This document shows positions 27,967 through 27,983 of a stretch of DNA of 27,983 nucleotides, one piece after another. The DNA comes from Promethearchaeota archaeon. GTDB taxonomy: Archaea > Asgardarchaeota > Lokiarchaeia > Sigyniarchaeales > SOKP01. Numbering within the stretch: the stretch's first letter is position 1; every line of letters starts with the position of its first letter. The DNA is taken from positions 1-27,983 of the forward strand of contig SDNY01000044.1 in NCBI GenBank assembly GCA_004524535.1. Reading direction: 5' to 3'. A model generated the notes under the pieces. It saw nothing but the letters and a program-made list of their open reading frames with translations. It did not search any database and was not told the DNA's origin. The position numbers and the translations under genes are program-made.

Positions 27967-27983
27967 ATGGGCTTAGAAGAGGT
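27967..27983 (+). CDS. Possible start of next gene (3'-partial)
   Basis: ATG directly after the TAA (TAAATG), reading MGLEE; only 17 nt are visible. Confidence 0.4.

Noticed and set aside
1-27983. CRISPR array, tRNA/rRNA, riboswitch, IS element or prophage
   Set aside because: No regularly spaced repeats, no GC-rich structured intergenic segments, and no transposase, integrase or phage genes. Spacers are about 210 bp or shorter and AT-rich.

Overview
AT-rich prokaryotic window with 23 protein-coding genes (the first is 5'-partial), the start codon of a possible 24th at the right edge, and one decayed gene remnant. I saw no rRNA, tRNA, CRISPR array or transposase. Hairpin-less oligo-T terminators, TATA-like boxes, a GGTGA-type SD and expanded acyl-CoA paralogues point to an archaeon, most like Lokiarchaeia (Asgard); this is an inference. 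Most genes belong to CoA-dependent lipid or carboxylate catabolism: three acyl-CoA ligases (two are close paralogues), two SCP2-type thiolases, a DUF35 protein, two tandem crotonases, a 3-hydroxyacyl-CoA dehydrogenase, a family III CoA-transferase, a VOC epimerase-like protein, an OYE flavoenzyme and a ferredoxin-nitroreductase. Possible head-group-removing enzymes are a GH4 glycosidase, an alkylsulfatase-like and an MBL hydrolase. Also present are two cobalamin-family enzymes (class B radical SAM and QueG/RdhA-like), a PAS-only protein and an FAD-linked oxidase. There is no acyl-CoA dehydrogenase or ETF in the window. Notable items not in the ORF track: a TTCAATAATT motif in four promoter regions (once as an inverted repeat), an 18-bp palindrome, and a relic of a second B12 radical SAM gene.
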